DNA from: Eledone cirrhosa
Lineage: Eukaryota
Reading direction: 5' to 3'
DNA: 64,000 bases
NCBI GenBank assembly: GCA_964016885.1
Contig: OZ024752.1
Span: 12,648,001 to 12,712,000, forward strand
Below, piece by piece: positions 12,442 to 24,277 of this stretch. Each line of letters starts with the position of its first letter. The stretch's first letter is position 1. Made by a program: the position numbers and the translations under genes. The notes beneath the pieces are model-generated. The model did no database searches. It saw nothing but the letters and a program-made list of their open reading frames with translations, and was not told the DNA's origin.

Positions 12442-12724
12442 TCGACCTGTTGTCAAACTCTCTACTCTGTGTTGAATGTGTATATATATATATATATACA
12501 CACATTCAACACAGAGTAGAGAGTTTGACAACAGGTCGAAATATAAATGAGGATAAATGGGGTTGAAATCTGGTCGTTTGACTGAGTGATGTATATACAC
12601 ACATATACATACATATATATATATATATATGTATGTATATGTGTGTATATACATCACTCAGTCATATATGTATGTATATGTGTGTATATACATCACTCAG
12701 TCAAACGACCAGATTTCAACCCCA
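12442..12724. repeat. Two adjacent palindromes, each centred on a (TA)n tract
   Basis: 12442-12539 TCGACCTGTTGTCAAAC...GTTTGACAACAGGTCGA; 12558-12724 TGGGGTTGAAATCTGG...CCAGATTTCAACCCCA. Confidence 0.92.
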
Positions 12725-12868
12725 ACATCTACAACAACAACACCGGCACTAATGTTTACAGCAACAACAGCTTCAGAATGAATTGAAATGAACATTTACA
12801 ACAACAGCGGTATCAAAAGATTAAAAAAAAAAAAAAAAACACAAACAAACAAAAAAACTCAAAATAAC

Positions 12869-12966
<98 letters not shown>

Positions 12967-13469
12967 ACAACAACAACATCAACTGCCACCACCACCACCA
13001 CCGCCGCCATCACCATCACCAGCGACCGGGCCTTAAGAAAACAACTTTAATAATAATTTTTCTGCTTTTGGCACGGATCCAGCGACTGGCTCAGCGCATC
13101 ACTGGTACTCTCTTTTGTTGACTCCGTGGGGATGAAAAGCAGGGTTGACCTCGGCGGGATTTAAGCTCAGAGCGTGGAGAGCCATAACTCTATGCTGTAA
13201 AGCAATTATAATAATACTGGACTGTAATACGGACGGCTTCAACTATACAAACTCTTGAAAGTCAACAGTTGACATAATCTTGTAATCTTGTATCAGTAAT
13301 GACGGTAATATATATATATATGTGTGTGTAAGTGAGTAGCGTGTGTGTGTTTGTATGTATGAGTGTTGCTGTGTGCGCGCATATGTATGCGTGTGTGTGC
13401 GCGCATATGTATGCGCGTGTGTGTATGTCGTACGTATAAGTGTCAACAAGTGAGTTTTTTTTTTTTTTT

Positions 13470-14528
13470 GCGCGCGGGGACATAGAAATAATCGGGCTGG
13501 ATGCCCGATCGCGCAGTTAAACCACTGGGAGTGAAGAACCCCTAGCTCTTGTCAGGGTATTCTTCTAGGAGAAGGCATCTCAGGAAACTGGCTTAACTCC
13601 GACATAAAACCTGCGGCTCAGTAGTTACGGATGATATTGATCTTTTCTTCTTTTCGGGTTATAGCTACTGTCGCTCAGAGAGTGGGATTGGCTCAGTGCA
13701 CAGTCATTCTTCACTTTAAAAATATTCGTCACGCACAGGCATCGCACGAGTGCATTAATAATTATTAATAGTGTACTATTATTATTATTATTATTGTTAC
13801 TATTATTATTACTTTTTTTTTTTTTTTTTTTTTTTTTTCAATTCAATGATGTTCCAGAACAATATAAAAGAGATAATTGGCAATTTAGGTTCTGGAACAA
13901 AAAAGATAATTGGCAATAAGGGCAGGGGCCCCAGGTTATCACAGCCTGGGCCCGCTCGTCATCGTGCCATTGTAATAGAGCCAAACAAGGCATTTAGTCT
14001 TGGCTGCTGGAATGTACGGACGCTCCTTGACAGGGATTCCTTGGAGCGTCCTGAACGAAGGACCGCTCTTGTTGCAAAGGAGCTTCGATGTTACGATCTT
14101 GACATCGTGGCTTTATCTGAGACGAGGTTAGCTGGAGATGGTCATCTTACAGAATTTTGTGGAGAATATACATTGTTCTGGAAAAGAAGAGATGAAGGAA
14201 CCAGAAGAGAGGCTGGGGTAGGATTTGCTGTTAAGACTGTACTTGTGAATAAATTAGAATTCCCAGTAGGGATTAGTGAGCGTTATGTCCATGAGAATTC
14301 CGCTGGACAAAGGAAGATATGCGACCCTGGTGAGTGTGTATGCTCCAACTATGAATTCTGTCGATGAAGAAAAAGTGTCCTTTTACCATGCCTTGAAAGG
14401 TGTTTTAAGAAATATCCCTCAGGCAGACAAAGTCATCGTGCTTGGTGACTTTAATGCTAGAGTGGGTAGGGATTTTAACACATGGAATGTAATCGGAAGG
14501 CATGGAGTGGGAAAGTGTAACAACAATG
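13470..14528 (+). mobile_element. 5' end of an RTE-clade LINE (5' UTR and AP-endonuclease), frameshifted and 3'-truncated
   Basis: GCWNVRTL, DIVALSETR, REAGVGFAV, SVYAPT, LGDFNARVG. Confidence 0.93.
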
Positions 14529-14544
14529 ATCGTGTAACAACAAT

Positions 14545-16175
14545 GGTCGCCGCGTGATCACGCGGCGACCTCGTTAAAGTCGGGTATAATAGAATAGATA
14601 ACCGCACCAAAGATCACGTCCCCGGCGACGGTGAATACTGTAGATTACTCAAACTATTCCCCTATTACAAAACCAACAAAGGCGACGGCCTACTACCAAC
14701 GCCTTCCAGCCAACATCTTCGTGTACATAAACATGGAAGAGGTAGAAAGAGTGCACCCGAGCATAAAGTGAAAGGGGCACCGAACGGGCGACAGCACATT
14801 AACACACATACCAGCGGTCACTTAGATGGAACCACCCGTAGCAAAAGTACAAGGACACGTAATCGCCACCGTAACGTCCTATGGTTCCACCCCCCCCTAC
14901 TCTCGAAGTGTGGCCTCCAACATACCCCGGATATTCTTCGAAGCCTTAGAGAAGAACTTCCCACCCAACCATAGGTATAGAAAAATTCTTAATAGGAACA
15001 ATATAAAAATATCCTTCTCTACTACTCCTAACCTAGCAGACATCATAGGAACAACGAACCACAGTAAGATCACCAAGACACAGCACCTCGACACAGACGC
15101 ACCTACACCTGACAATAACTATATCGGCCTTAACAACTCCCTGACAGCATCCAATAGAGTTGGCAACGGCATCCGCAGACGCAACCAGAATGACCGCGAA
15201 GTGACTGGGGAACATGCAGAACATGACGTGCGGAATAACAATCGCACCATCCCGCGTGCTGTGGGTTGTAATTGTGCTAACGACAGCTGCGGTAGCGTAG
15301 GTAACAACGTAGGCAGCAACAATGATAGCCTTACCGTGGGAAATAGACGGAACCGCGACAGAAATTGCAACTGCCGCGACAGAGGACGCTGCTCCCTTAG
15401 AGGATACTGCTTGACTGATAGGGTTATATATAGATGCACTATTACTAGCCACAATAGCGTTAAACATTATATAGGGGCCACCTCCGGCCCGTTCAAAATT
15501 AGGTTTCGAACACATCTCCACTCTTTCACAAATAGAAAACTAAGGCACTCCACTTCGCTCGCAGACTACATCACATCACTAAAGGACTTAAACATCAGCT
15601 TCTCCACGCACTGGGAGATTGTCGGCAGGGCTGCACCGTACAACTTCAAGAGGAAATGCGATCTTTGCCTCATGGAGCTCTACCATATCATAACTACACC
15701 CCACGAGCTCATCAACAGCAGAGCTGAAACAGCGATAAGTTGTACACATCGCTTAAAAATATCCTTCTTTAGATGGGTTAAGAATGAAGAGTGAAATAGT
15801 ACACTGGATCTCCCTGCAACAAGCCTTAACACCCCGGCGGGCAGGCGCAGCAAAATAACACCCAGAAAACAATCCTTGCACACCAGACCCAGCCTCAGAC
15901 AAACCGATGCGGCGGGGAAAAAAAAAAAAAAAATTATCCGGGAAAGACTGCCCTAACACCGGCCAGAGGTACCTCCCTTGACCTGCTGCAAAATCAAAAC
16001 AAGATATTTTTGCGAGCAATGAATCTTGATGTAGATTTAACCCCCAAAACTCTTTCCGAACTATATAAGGAGCACTTGTGATTATTTATGCCCTTGAGAA
16101 GCCCAACTGGGCGAAACGTACGTAGGTGATATTTTAAATAAACATGTTTTAACGGTCTATTCTCCGATTATTTAC
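14545..16175 (+). mobile_element. 5'-truncated Penelope-like element (Hydra-type), linker, GIY-YIG and pseudo-LTR
   Basis: RNVLWFHPP/PYS (slip in a C run at ~14890), KILNRNNIKISFS, CNCRDRGRCSLRGYC, VIYRC...YIGATSGPFKIRFRTHLHSF, CDLCLME...CTH; stop at 15794; ends in a hammerhead variant, AATAAA and (TA)n. Confidence 0.92.
16088..16130 (+). ncRNA. Hammerhead ribozyme, U3-A8 core variant
   Basis: ATGCCC-TTGAGAA-GCCC aact GGGC-GAAA-CGTACG-TA-GGTGAT; palindromic stem III, imperfect stem I. Confidence 0.75.
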
Positions 16176-16183
16176 TTTCCCAC

Positions 16184-16241
<58 letters not shown>

Positions 16242-16832
16242 ACATACACATACGTTCTCACATATCTACATACATCACACACACATACATGGAAACACAT
16301 ATACACACATACATATCCACATATACACATACATACATGCACACATACTTACATGGAAACACACATATACACACATACATACACATATACACATACACAC
16401 CCACACCCACATCTACATAGGTCTAAAATAGTCATGTTTGGACTAACAAATACATGAAAAAACACACACATACGCTCACACAAACACACACATACGCTCA
16501 CACAGAGAGATACACACATCTACATAGGTCTAACATAGTCATGTTTGGACTAACAAATACATGAAAACACACATACACACACAGAGATACACACACGCAT
16601 CTACATAGGTCTAACATAAACATGTTTTGACTTCTTTTATGTTTGGGACTAACCAATACATGAAAAATATTTACACACGCTATTTCTATCTCCTTTTACA
16701 CACACACACGCACACGCACAAACACACACATATGCACACACATAATGCAATTTAGTAAAGAACATACAAAATTAGCTGAGCGCTCAATCTTTAGAAATAA
16801 TTTAAAGAACGATTATAAAACGACCTCAAAAT

Positions 16833-16875
16833 ATTCTGATGACCTGGAATCTAGTTTCAGTGAAAGATTCTAGAG
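16833..16875 (+). ncRNA. Degenerate hammerhead motif
   Basis: CTGATGA-C-CTGGAA tctag TTTCAG-T-GAAA-GATTC-TA; weak stem I; AATAAA downstream. Confidence 0.5.
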
Positions 16876-17356
16876 AAACAATTGTATCTACCTAAATTAT
16901 TCATAATAAACAAGAGACAATATAATTATTCCATTACCAATCTTTTTCTTGTGACCCTAAACTCCGCCAGTCGCAGACTGCGCATCAACATGTGATATCT
17001 CTCGCCACAAAGTTCGATCACCAGCAGCAGAGTTCAAAGAGCAAAGATCAAGTCCAGTCTATAAGTTGACATTATCAAGCCATCGTTTTGGCTGCCGGCC
17101 TTTGCTTCCCTTACCAGCCAACCTTCCTTCCAGGAATATATAATTGTTTCTACTTTTTGGCACAAGGCCAGAAATTACCCAGTACATTACTGGTACTTTA
17201 TTTTATCGACCCCATAAGGATGAAAGGCAAAGTTAACCTCAGCGGGATTTGAACTCAGAATGGCAAGGGCCGTAACTCTATGCATCAAAGCATGGCGTCC
17301 GACCCTCTACCGATACTGCCAATCCACTTCTTTCGATCACCAGCAGCAGAGTTTAA

Positions 17357-17746
17357 CCCTTTAGTATTTACATTACTCTCTGTATGCTATTATATTTTCA
17401 TGGCGGTGGATTGGCAGTGTCGGTAGAGGGTCGGCCCTTGCCATTCTGAGTTCAAATCCCACCGAGGTTAATTTTGCCTTTCATCCTTACGGGGTCGATA
17501 AAATAAAGTACCAGTAATGTACTGGGTAATTGCTGGCCTTGTGCCTATAGTAGAAACAATTATATTTTCATGGTAAAGGCTTTATCTCGCATAATTATCT
17601 CACATAATATCGAATCTATGAGATTTTAAAAGTATTTATTTTGAGAACAATACCTTAACATCAGTTTAAGCAACCGGTTACAGCCAGTTTCAACAGAAAG
17701 AGGTAGAGAATTCTGGCCGGTTTTGGCCGGTTTGAACATTAAAGGG
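17357..17746. mobile_element. piggyBac-type MITE containing a nested SINE (17402-17563)
   Basis: TTAA|CCCTTTA...TAAAGGG|TTAA; paralogous empty site at ~17012-17132. Confidence 0.88.
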
Positions 17747-18039
17747 TTAAAGAGCAAAGATCAAGTCCAGTCCATAAGTTGATATTATCAAGCCATCGTT
17801 TTGGCTGCCCGCCTCTGCTTCTCCTACCAGCCAACCTGCCTTCCAGACATAACCTAACTCACACCACGAGTTGATCTTTTTATATGGCCGTATAGTTTGA
17901 GTACTCTTCACTTGACAATGGAATAATTATATTGTGTTGTTTATTATGTAATTAAATAGCTCTGTACAATATATAGAGCACTCTTCTTTCGTTTACCTTT
18001 TCTATGGAAATACACAACATACACACACATATATATATG

Positions 18040-18380
18040 TGTATATATATTTCTATTTCGGCCTCCTGTCGCTATGAAGGTATTTAACCATGTACACTAC
18101 ATCCTAGATCATTGACCACTCCCTGTGACAGACAAGAAAAACAACAAACTTTTAGGATTTTTTGCTTGGATATTTTTGCTTTGCCTGCTTGCCCATATAT
18201 GGAATGTACCCCTTGATAAGTTCAGCTAGATTCCCGCCAATTTAACACTGGTGGATTAGTTCAGATCTAGCTCAGCCGTCGGGTCCTGACGCTTTTCCTA
18301 TTACCCACTCTACTACTCTAAGTATTGAGTACTCTGGTGCGTTATGGTCCACCTGGTAACTTACCGCACCCTCTTTGTTA
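18040..18380 (+). mobile_element. Non-coding Penelope-type terminal fragment with a broken U3-A8 hammerhead; related copy at 23762-23950 (-)
   Basis: Shared CTCAGCCGTCGGG...TATGGTCCACCTGGTA...TCTTTGTTA; core CCCC-TTGATAA-G at 18209-18220; lies between (TA)n tracts. Confidence 0.6.
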
Positions 18381-18866
18381 TATATATATATTTGTGTAGG
18401 TGAGTTCGATTCCTGGACCGGGTGATGTATTATGCCCTTGAGCAAAGCATTTTATTTCACGTTGTTCCTTCTACCTGGAGTTGCGACCGATAGATAGTAT
18501 TAGTAACTGGAAAGACCAAAGGAAACATTGTCTCCTCGGTCCGATTTTACGAGAGTCGATCGACTGTCAATATATATATATATATATACAGAAGTTATAT
18601 TTAATTTATTGGGATTCCAACAAACTTAAAAGTTTATAACTGATATAGAGCACTCAACAGTTTACTGGAGTAAATATTCAATATATTAATTGTTTCTACT
18701 TTAGGCACAAGGCTAGCAAATACCCAGTGCATTACTGGTACTTTATTTTATCGACCCCGTAAGGATGAAAGGCAAAGTCAACCTCGGCGGGATTTGAACT
18801 CAGATCGTAAAGGGACGTAACTATGCTGGAAAGCATGGCTTCCGACCCTCTACCGATACTGCCAAT

Positions 18867-19192
18867 TATATTAATAAATGAAAACTATATTTATAAAACC
18901 ATAATTATTTTATTATATATATTTCAAGGGCAACCAAGGCAATCTTGGTGCGCTTTCATCAGATAAAATACAAAATTTGTTTTATAAATAGTGACATAAC
19001 CATGGAAAACAACCTTGCAGGAAAACATCCCAGCGAATTTTCAACCATCAAGGTTGTTTTCCATGGTTATGTCACTATTTATAAAACAAATTTTGTAATT
19101 TATCTGATGAAAGTGCACCAAGATTGCCTTGGTTGCCCTTGAAAAATAAAATAATTATGGTTTTATAAATATAGTTTCCATTTATTAATATA
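18867..19192. repeat. Fold-back pair of pseudo-LTR ends related to the 2185-5160 element
   Basis: 18867-19017 is the reverse complement of 19049-19192 and homologous to 2185-2325; intact hammerhead at 18906-18970 (-), stem-III-deleted copy at 19096-19153 (+). Confidence 0.92.
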
Positions 19193-19982
19193 TTGTATAT
19201 ATATATATATATATATATATAATCTCCGTCGGTTATGACAACCAGTGTTCCAGATGCTAGGACCAAACGAAACAGCCTGCTTGTGAAATTAACGTGCAAG
19301 TAGATGTTCATTCCATTCTATATAATGGCTTTGTATTAACAGTTAATGATGGATTGGCAGTATCGGTAGAGCGTCGGATAACATGCTTTGTGGCATATAG
19401 CTACAGCCCTCTTCCTTCTGAGTTCAAATCCCGGGAAGGTTAGCTTTGCCTTTTATCCGATACAAATAGGAAGCTTTTGGTCAGGTCTTGATATTTGACT
19501 ATTTTCTTTGACTGACAAATGTCAGTCAAAGAAAATAGTCCTTACTCTTTCCCTCCCTTTCCTCTCATTTATGGCATTTATAGTCCTTTCCTCTACTTTC
19601 CTCTACAGCCAGATCTGCCCTTCTTTACCCCCCCCCCCTCCTTTTTATCATATTTTCACCATTTTTGTAAAATATAGTTGACAGAATATGTTTATGTATA
19701 ACAGATAACAAAATAAAATGTCAGTATATAAAAACCCTCCTATATTTGTAACCCGAGTAAGGAGTCTCTTTAGAAAGTTAGTGGAGATTTCTGGTGTCCT
19801 TGGCCCTGGGACCACTTCCCTACTAACCACTTCCCTACTAAGCCTCGCGAGCTGGAATGGCTCTTCCAACACATCTACCTCACAACCCATACGGCATTTC
19901 TTGGGCATTTAATATTTAAACTTGGTGGTGCCCTTCCCTCTCCATGTCTGAATATAGTTGATTTCTTCCAGAGAAGGAGATT

Positions 19983-19999
19983 AAGAGGGAGAGACAGGG

Positions 20000-20033
<34 letters not shown>

Positions 20034-20267
20034 TAGCGAAGAAGTGAAGAGAGAGAGAGAAAGAAAGAGAGAAAGTAAGAGAGATAGAGAGGAAGTGAAG
20101 TGAGAGAGAGAGGGATAGCGAGGAAGGGAAGTGAGAGAGAGAGAGAGAGTAAAGAGCGAGAGAGTGAGGGATAGCGAGGAAGTGAAGTAAAAGAGTGAGA
20201 GAGAGAGAGATAGCGAAGAAGTGAAGTGAGAAAGAGTGAGAGAGAGGAATAGCGACGAAGTGAAGCG

Positions 20268-20317
<50 letters not shown>

Positions 20318-20739
20318 ATATAAAGGATCAACCCCAGTACTTGACTGGTACGAAAGGATGAAAGGTAAAGTGGACCTCGCTGGGATTTGAACTCACCATT
20401 CAATCTGACCTTCTAACAGTTCTGCTAATTGACGACTCACTCAAAATAAGTACTCATAAATATTACACACATCTCTCTCTCTGTCTTTCTCTTCTCTTTC
20501 TTCCTCTCTCTCTCCTCTCTCTCTCCTCTCACTCTCTCTCTCCTGTCTCTCTTCTCTCACTCTCTCTTCTGTCTCTCTTCTCTCACTCTCTCTTCTGTCT
20601 CTCCTCTCTCTCTTTCTTCTGTCTCTCCTCTCTCTCTCTCTCTCTCTTCTGTCTCTCCTCTCTCTCTTTCTTCTGTCTCTCCTCTCTCTCTTTCTTCTGT
20701 CTCTCCTCTCTCTCTCTCTTCTGTGTCTCCTCTCTCTCT

Positions 20740-20770
<31 letters not shown>

Positions 20771-20942
20771 TCTGTCTCTCCTCTCTCTCCTTCTTCAGTC
20801 TCTACTCTCTCTCTTTCTTCAGCCTCTCCTCTCTCCCTCTTCAGGATCTCATCTCTCTCTCTCTCTCTTCTGTCTCTCCTCTCTCTCTCTTCTGTCTCTC
20901 CTCTCTCTCTCTCTTCTGTCTCTCCTCTCACTCTCTCTCCTG

Positions 20943-20989
<47 letters not shown>

Positions 20990-21110
20990 GTCTCTCCTCT
21001 CTTTCTCTCTCTTCTGTCTCTCCTCTCTCTCTCTCTCTTCTGTCTCTCCTCTCTCTTCTCTCTTCTCTTCCTTCTCTCCTCTCCCTCCTCCCTTCTCTCC
21101 TCTCCCGCTC
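19983..21110. repeat. Degenerate (GA)n then (CT)n purine/pyrimidine tracts
   Basis: Visible low complexity at 19983-20315 and 20472-21110, with a SINE remnant between. Confidence 0.95.
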
Positions 21111-21413
21111 TCTATATATATTAGTCTGCCTTTGTGCCTGTATCTATCTATCATTCTACCTATTGTTCTATCGACGGGGTATTAAACAACCCATTTGTGG
21201 CGCCTCCCCCTATTGGGGATTTCGATTGCCATAATTGTTTGTTTCAATATTTTTACACGACTGTATGTAAAATCCCCGGCATGTGTCTTTGTATTGTCCC
21301 CTTTTCTTGTGCGCCCTTGTAGCAAATAAAGAAGTATATCTGTCAGTCTATTAATCACTGCCAAGACTGGAATTGAACCATCAGCACAGTTGAGGTATGT
21401 CACACATCAATTT

Positions 21414-21485
21414 ATATATTTTATCTGATGAGGACGTACTGAAGAAACAGCACAGTACCTCCGAAATATATATAATAAAATATAT
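21414..21485 (+). ncRNA. Minimal type I hammerhead ribozyme (best-formed copy), in a ~420-bp fragment at 21122-21540
   Basis: ATATATTTTAT-CTGATGA-GGA c GTACTG...CAGTAC c TCC-GAAA-TATATAT-A-ATAAAATATAT; 11-bp stem I. Confidence 0.92.
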
Positions 21486-21558
21486 TTGATTACATGAATG
21501 TCTATATTTATTAATATTTTGAATTAATATCAGTCTAACGATATATATACTTCTCTGC

Positions 21559-21674
<116 letters not shown>

Positions 21675-21711
21675 TAAAATAACAGATTAAAGTTTAAGCA
21701 AAGAATCGCTG

Positions 21712-21770
21712 CTTTCACCCTTAACGGGATCTTCTGAAACAGTTTCAGAAGATCCCGTTAAGGGTGAAAG
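21712..21770. repeat. Perfect palindrome with 29-bp arms, each with a hammerhead-like core
   Basis: CTTTCACCCTTAACGGGATCTTCTGAAAC-A-GTTTCAGAAGATCCCGTTAAGGGTGAAAG; contains CAGAAGA-TCCC gttaa GGGT-GAAA. Confidence 0.9.
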
Positions 21771-22616
21771 TGGACGTAAAATGAAATGATGATGATGATA
21801 TATATATATATATATATATACCTACCTCTCTGTCAGTCTATCCATTTACTTATTTATTTGTCTGTCTGTCAATCTTACATTCATTGATATTTACACAAAA
21901 CAAATCTACACAGCAAGTTACATGATATTGTAAATATTATTGCCTTTATTAAGTATATTATTTTCTATATACAATAGTAATATAACCTTAATCTTATGTA
22001 CAATAGTAATATAAACTCAATCTTATGTTAAAGGGATTATAATTTGGACAGTTTTCTTTGCTTCTTATTTAATAGACTAGGGCGGTGTGTTGGCAATATC
22101 GGAAGATTGTTGGATAACATGCTTTGTGGCATATACTTACGGCTCTCTTCATTCTGAGTTCAAATCACGGCGAGGTTAGCTTTGCCCTTTATCCAATACA
22201 AATAGGAAGCTGTTGGTCAGGCCTTGATATTTGACTATTTTCCATTTGTCAGTCGCCTGATTGTCCTTGTTTTTCCCCTCCCGTTCTTCTCGTTCATGGC
22301 ATCGTTGAACATCCTGCTTCGTGGCCAGTTGCGACTGATAGTTAGTATTAGCAATTGGAAAGACTAATGGAGACATTGTTTCCTCGGTCCGATTTGACGA
22401 GGTCTCAAATAATAAGGTGGAGTGGAATAAGTGGCAGGTAGGGTTGGAATAAGTGGGAAGGGGGTCGGTCATTTTTCTAGGTTGTCTTTGTTGATTTTAA
22501 AGAAACCCCAGAATTAGTCGTTTAGTTTACATATTGAGACCCCAGCCCATCCTATTTATTTTATAACATGGGATTTATAGTAATGTACTTTCTTGGTCAT
22601 GTATAATGTTTTTTAA

Positions 22617-22895
22617 CCCTTTAGCATTTAAACCGGCCATATCCGGCCAGAATTCTCTCACCTCTTTCTCTTCAAACCAACCGTAACTAGCCACTCATAC
22701 CAATGTTAAGGTATTGTTCTCAAAATAGATAATATCAAAATCTCAGCTTCGATAATATGTGAGATAATAATGTGAGGTAAAGCCTTTACTGTGAAAATAC
22801 AATTGTAAATATAGAGTAATGTGAATGCTATGTGAGGTAAAGCCTTTACTGTGAAAATACAATTGTAAATATAGAGTAATGTGAATGCTAAAGGG
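22617..22895. mobile_element. piggyBac-type MITE (other copies or fragments near 24729, 25383-25712, 38145-38435, 60917-61124, 61137-61263, 61503-61810)
   Basis: TTAA|CCCTTTAGCATTT...AATGCTAAAGGG|TTAA; the host repeat is uninterrupted at ~45790-45975 with a single TTAA. Confidence 0.92.
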
Positions 22896-23057
22896 TTAAT
22901 GTATAAAAATAATTGATTTTCGCAGGAATGCTAGCACTTAAAATAAGATTTCACCAGAGATAGATTAACAAAATTTAGTAAACGTGAGGTGGGAGTATCT
23001 GGAAAATGAACAAGGGCATGGTGGGTGCGAATATTCGAGACCCAAGTGTATGTATAT

Positions 23058-23402
23058 CATCATCATCATCATCATCATCATTTTACGTCCGCTTTTACCT
23101 GCTTGCAAGGGTGGGATGGGAACTGATTCTGGCTTGATTTCTACAGCTGGATGCCCTTCCTAACACCAACCTCATTTACAGTGAGTGCTGGGTGCTTTTT
23201 TGCCGTGGTGCCTCCACGACCACTTTGCTGTGGAATGATAGGGACCCCAGTCCCTATCATCTCATTTCTACAGCTGAGTAAACTGGAGCAATGTGAAATA
23301 AAGTGTCTTGCTCAAGGAAACAACACATCACCCGGTCTGAGAATTGAACTCACAACCTTTCGATTGCAAGGCCAATGCTCTAACCACTAAGCCATGTGCC
23401 TA
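23058..23402 (-). mobile_element. tRNA-derived CORE-type SINE with RTE-derived 3' tail and (GAT)n end
   Basis: TGGCTTAGTGGTTAGAGC (A box), GAGTTCAATTC (B box), CCTTGAGCAAGACACTTTA (CORE-like), tail CCCACCCTTGCAAGCAGG..AAAAGCGGACGTAAAATGATGATG. Copies near 23423, 23956, 24455, 28138, 30926, 31343. Confidence 0.85.
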
Positions 23403-24155
23403 CATATATATATATATATATATGTTGTTTCCTTGAGCAAGACACTTTATTTCAAGACACTTTATTTCACATTGTTCCAGTTTACTCAGCTGTAGAAATG
23501 AGATGATAGGGACTGGGTTCCTTATCATTCCACTGCAAAGTTGTCGTGGAGGTGCCACGGCTAAAAAACACCCAGCACTCACTGGAAAGTGGACGTGTAG
23601 GCGCCACGGAAAAAAAAAAACACCCAGCACTCGCTGTAAATGAGGTTGGTGTTAGGAAGGGCATCCAGCTGTAGAAATCAAGCCAGAATCAGTTCCCGTC
23701 CCACCCTTGCAAGCAGGGAAAAGCGGACGTAAAATGATAATGATGATGATGATATGTATATATAACAAAGAAGATGTGGTAAGATACCAGGTGGACCATA
23801 ACACACCACAGTACTCGATATTTAGGGTAGTAGAGTGGGTAATAGGGAATAGAGTTAGGACCCCGACGGCTGAGCTCCGGGTATTTCGACAGATAGAACA
23901 ATTTGGATCTAGCTGTCGAAACGGCCAGAGATCAGTCATCGGGGTCCTAACTCTTATGGCTTAGTGGTTAGAGCATTGGCCTTGCAATCGAAAGGTTGTG
24001 AGTTCAATTCTCAGACCGGGTCCCTATCATTCCACTGCAAAGTGGTCGTGGAGGCATCACACATGCATATATATATATATGTATATACACATACACATGC
24101 ATATATATATATATATACACACATGTATATATATATGTATATACACATACACATG

Positions 24156-24200
<45 letters not shown>

Positions 24201-24231
24201 GTATATATATATGTATATACACATACACATG

Positions 24232-24277
<46 letters not shown>

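Noticed and set aside
16410-16668. Conserved ~50-bp repeat x3 with variable spacers, superficially CRISPR-like
   Set aside because: Spacers are (CA)n length variants, the context is eukaryotic and there are no cas genes; it is an ordinary tandem duplication
23956-24020. tRNA-like segments with A and B boxes
   Set aside because: They run into SINE bodies and lack a complete acceptor stem, so they are SINE heads rather than tRNA genes
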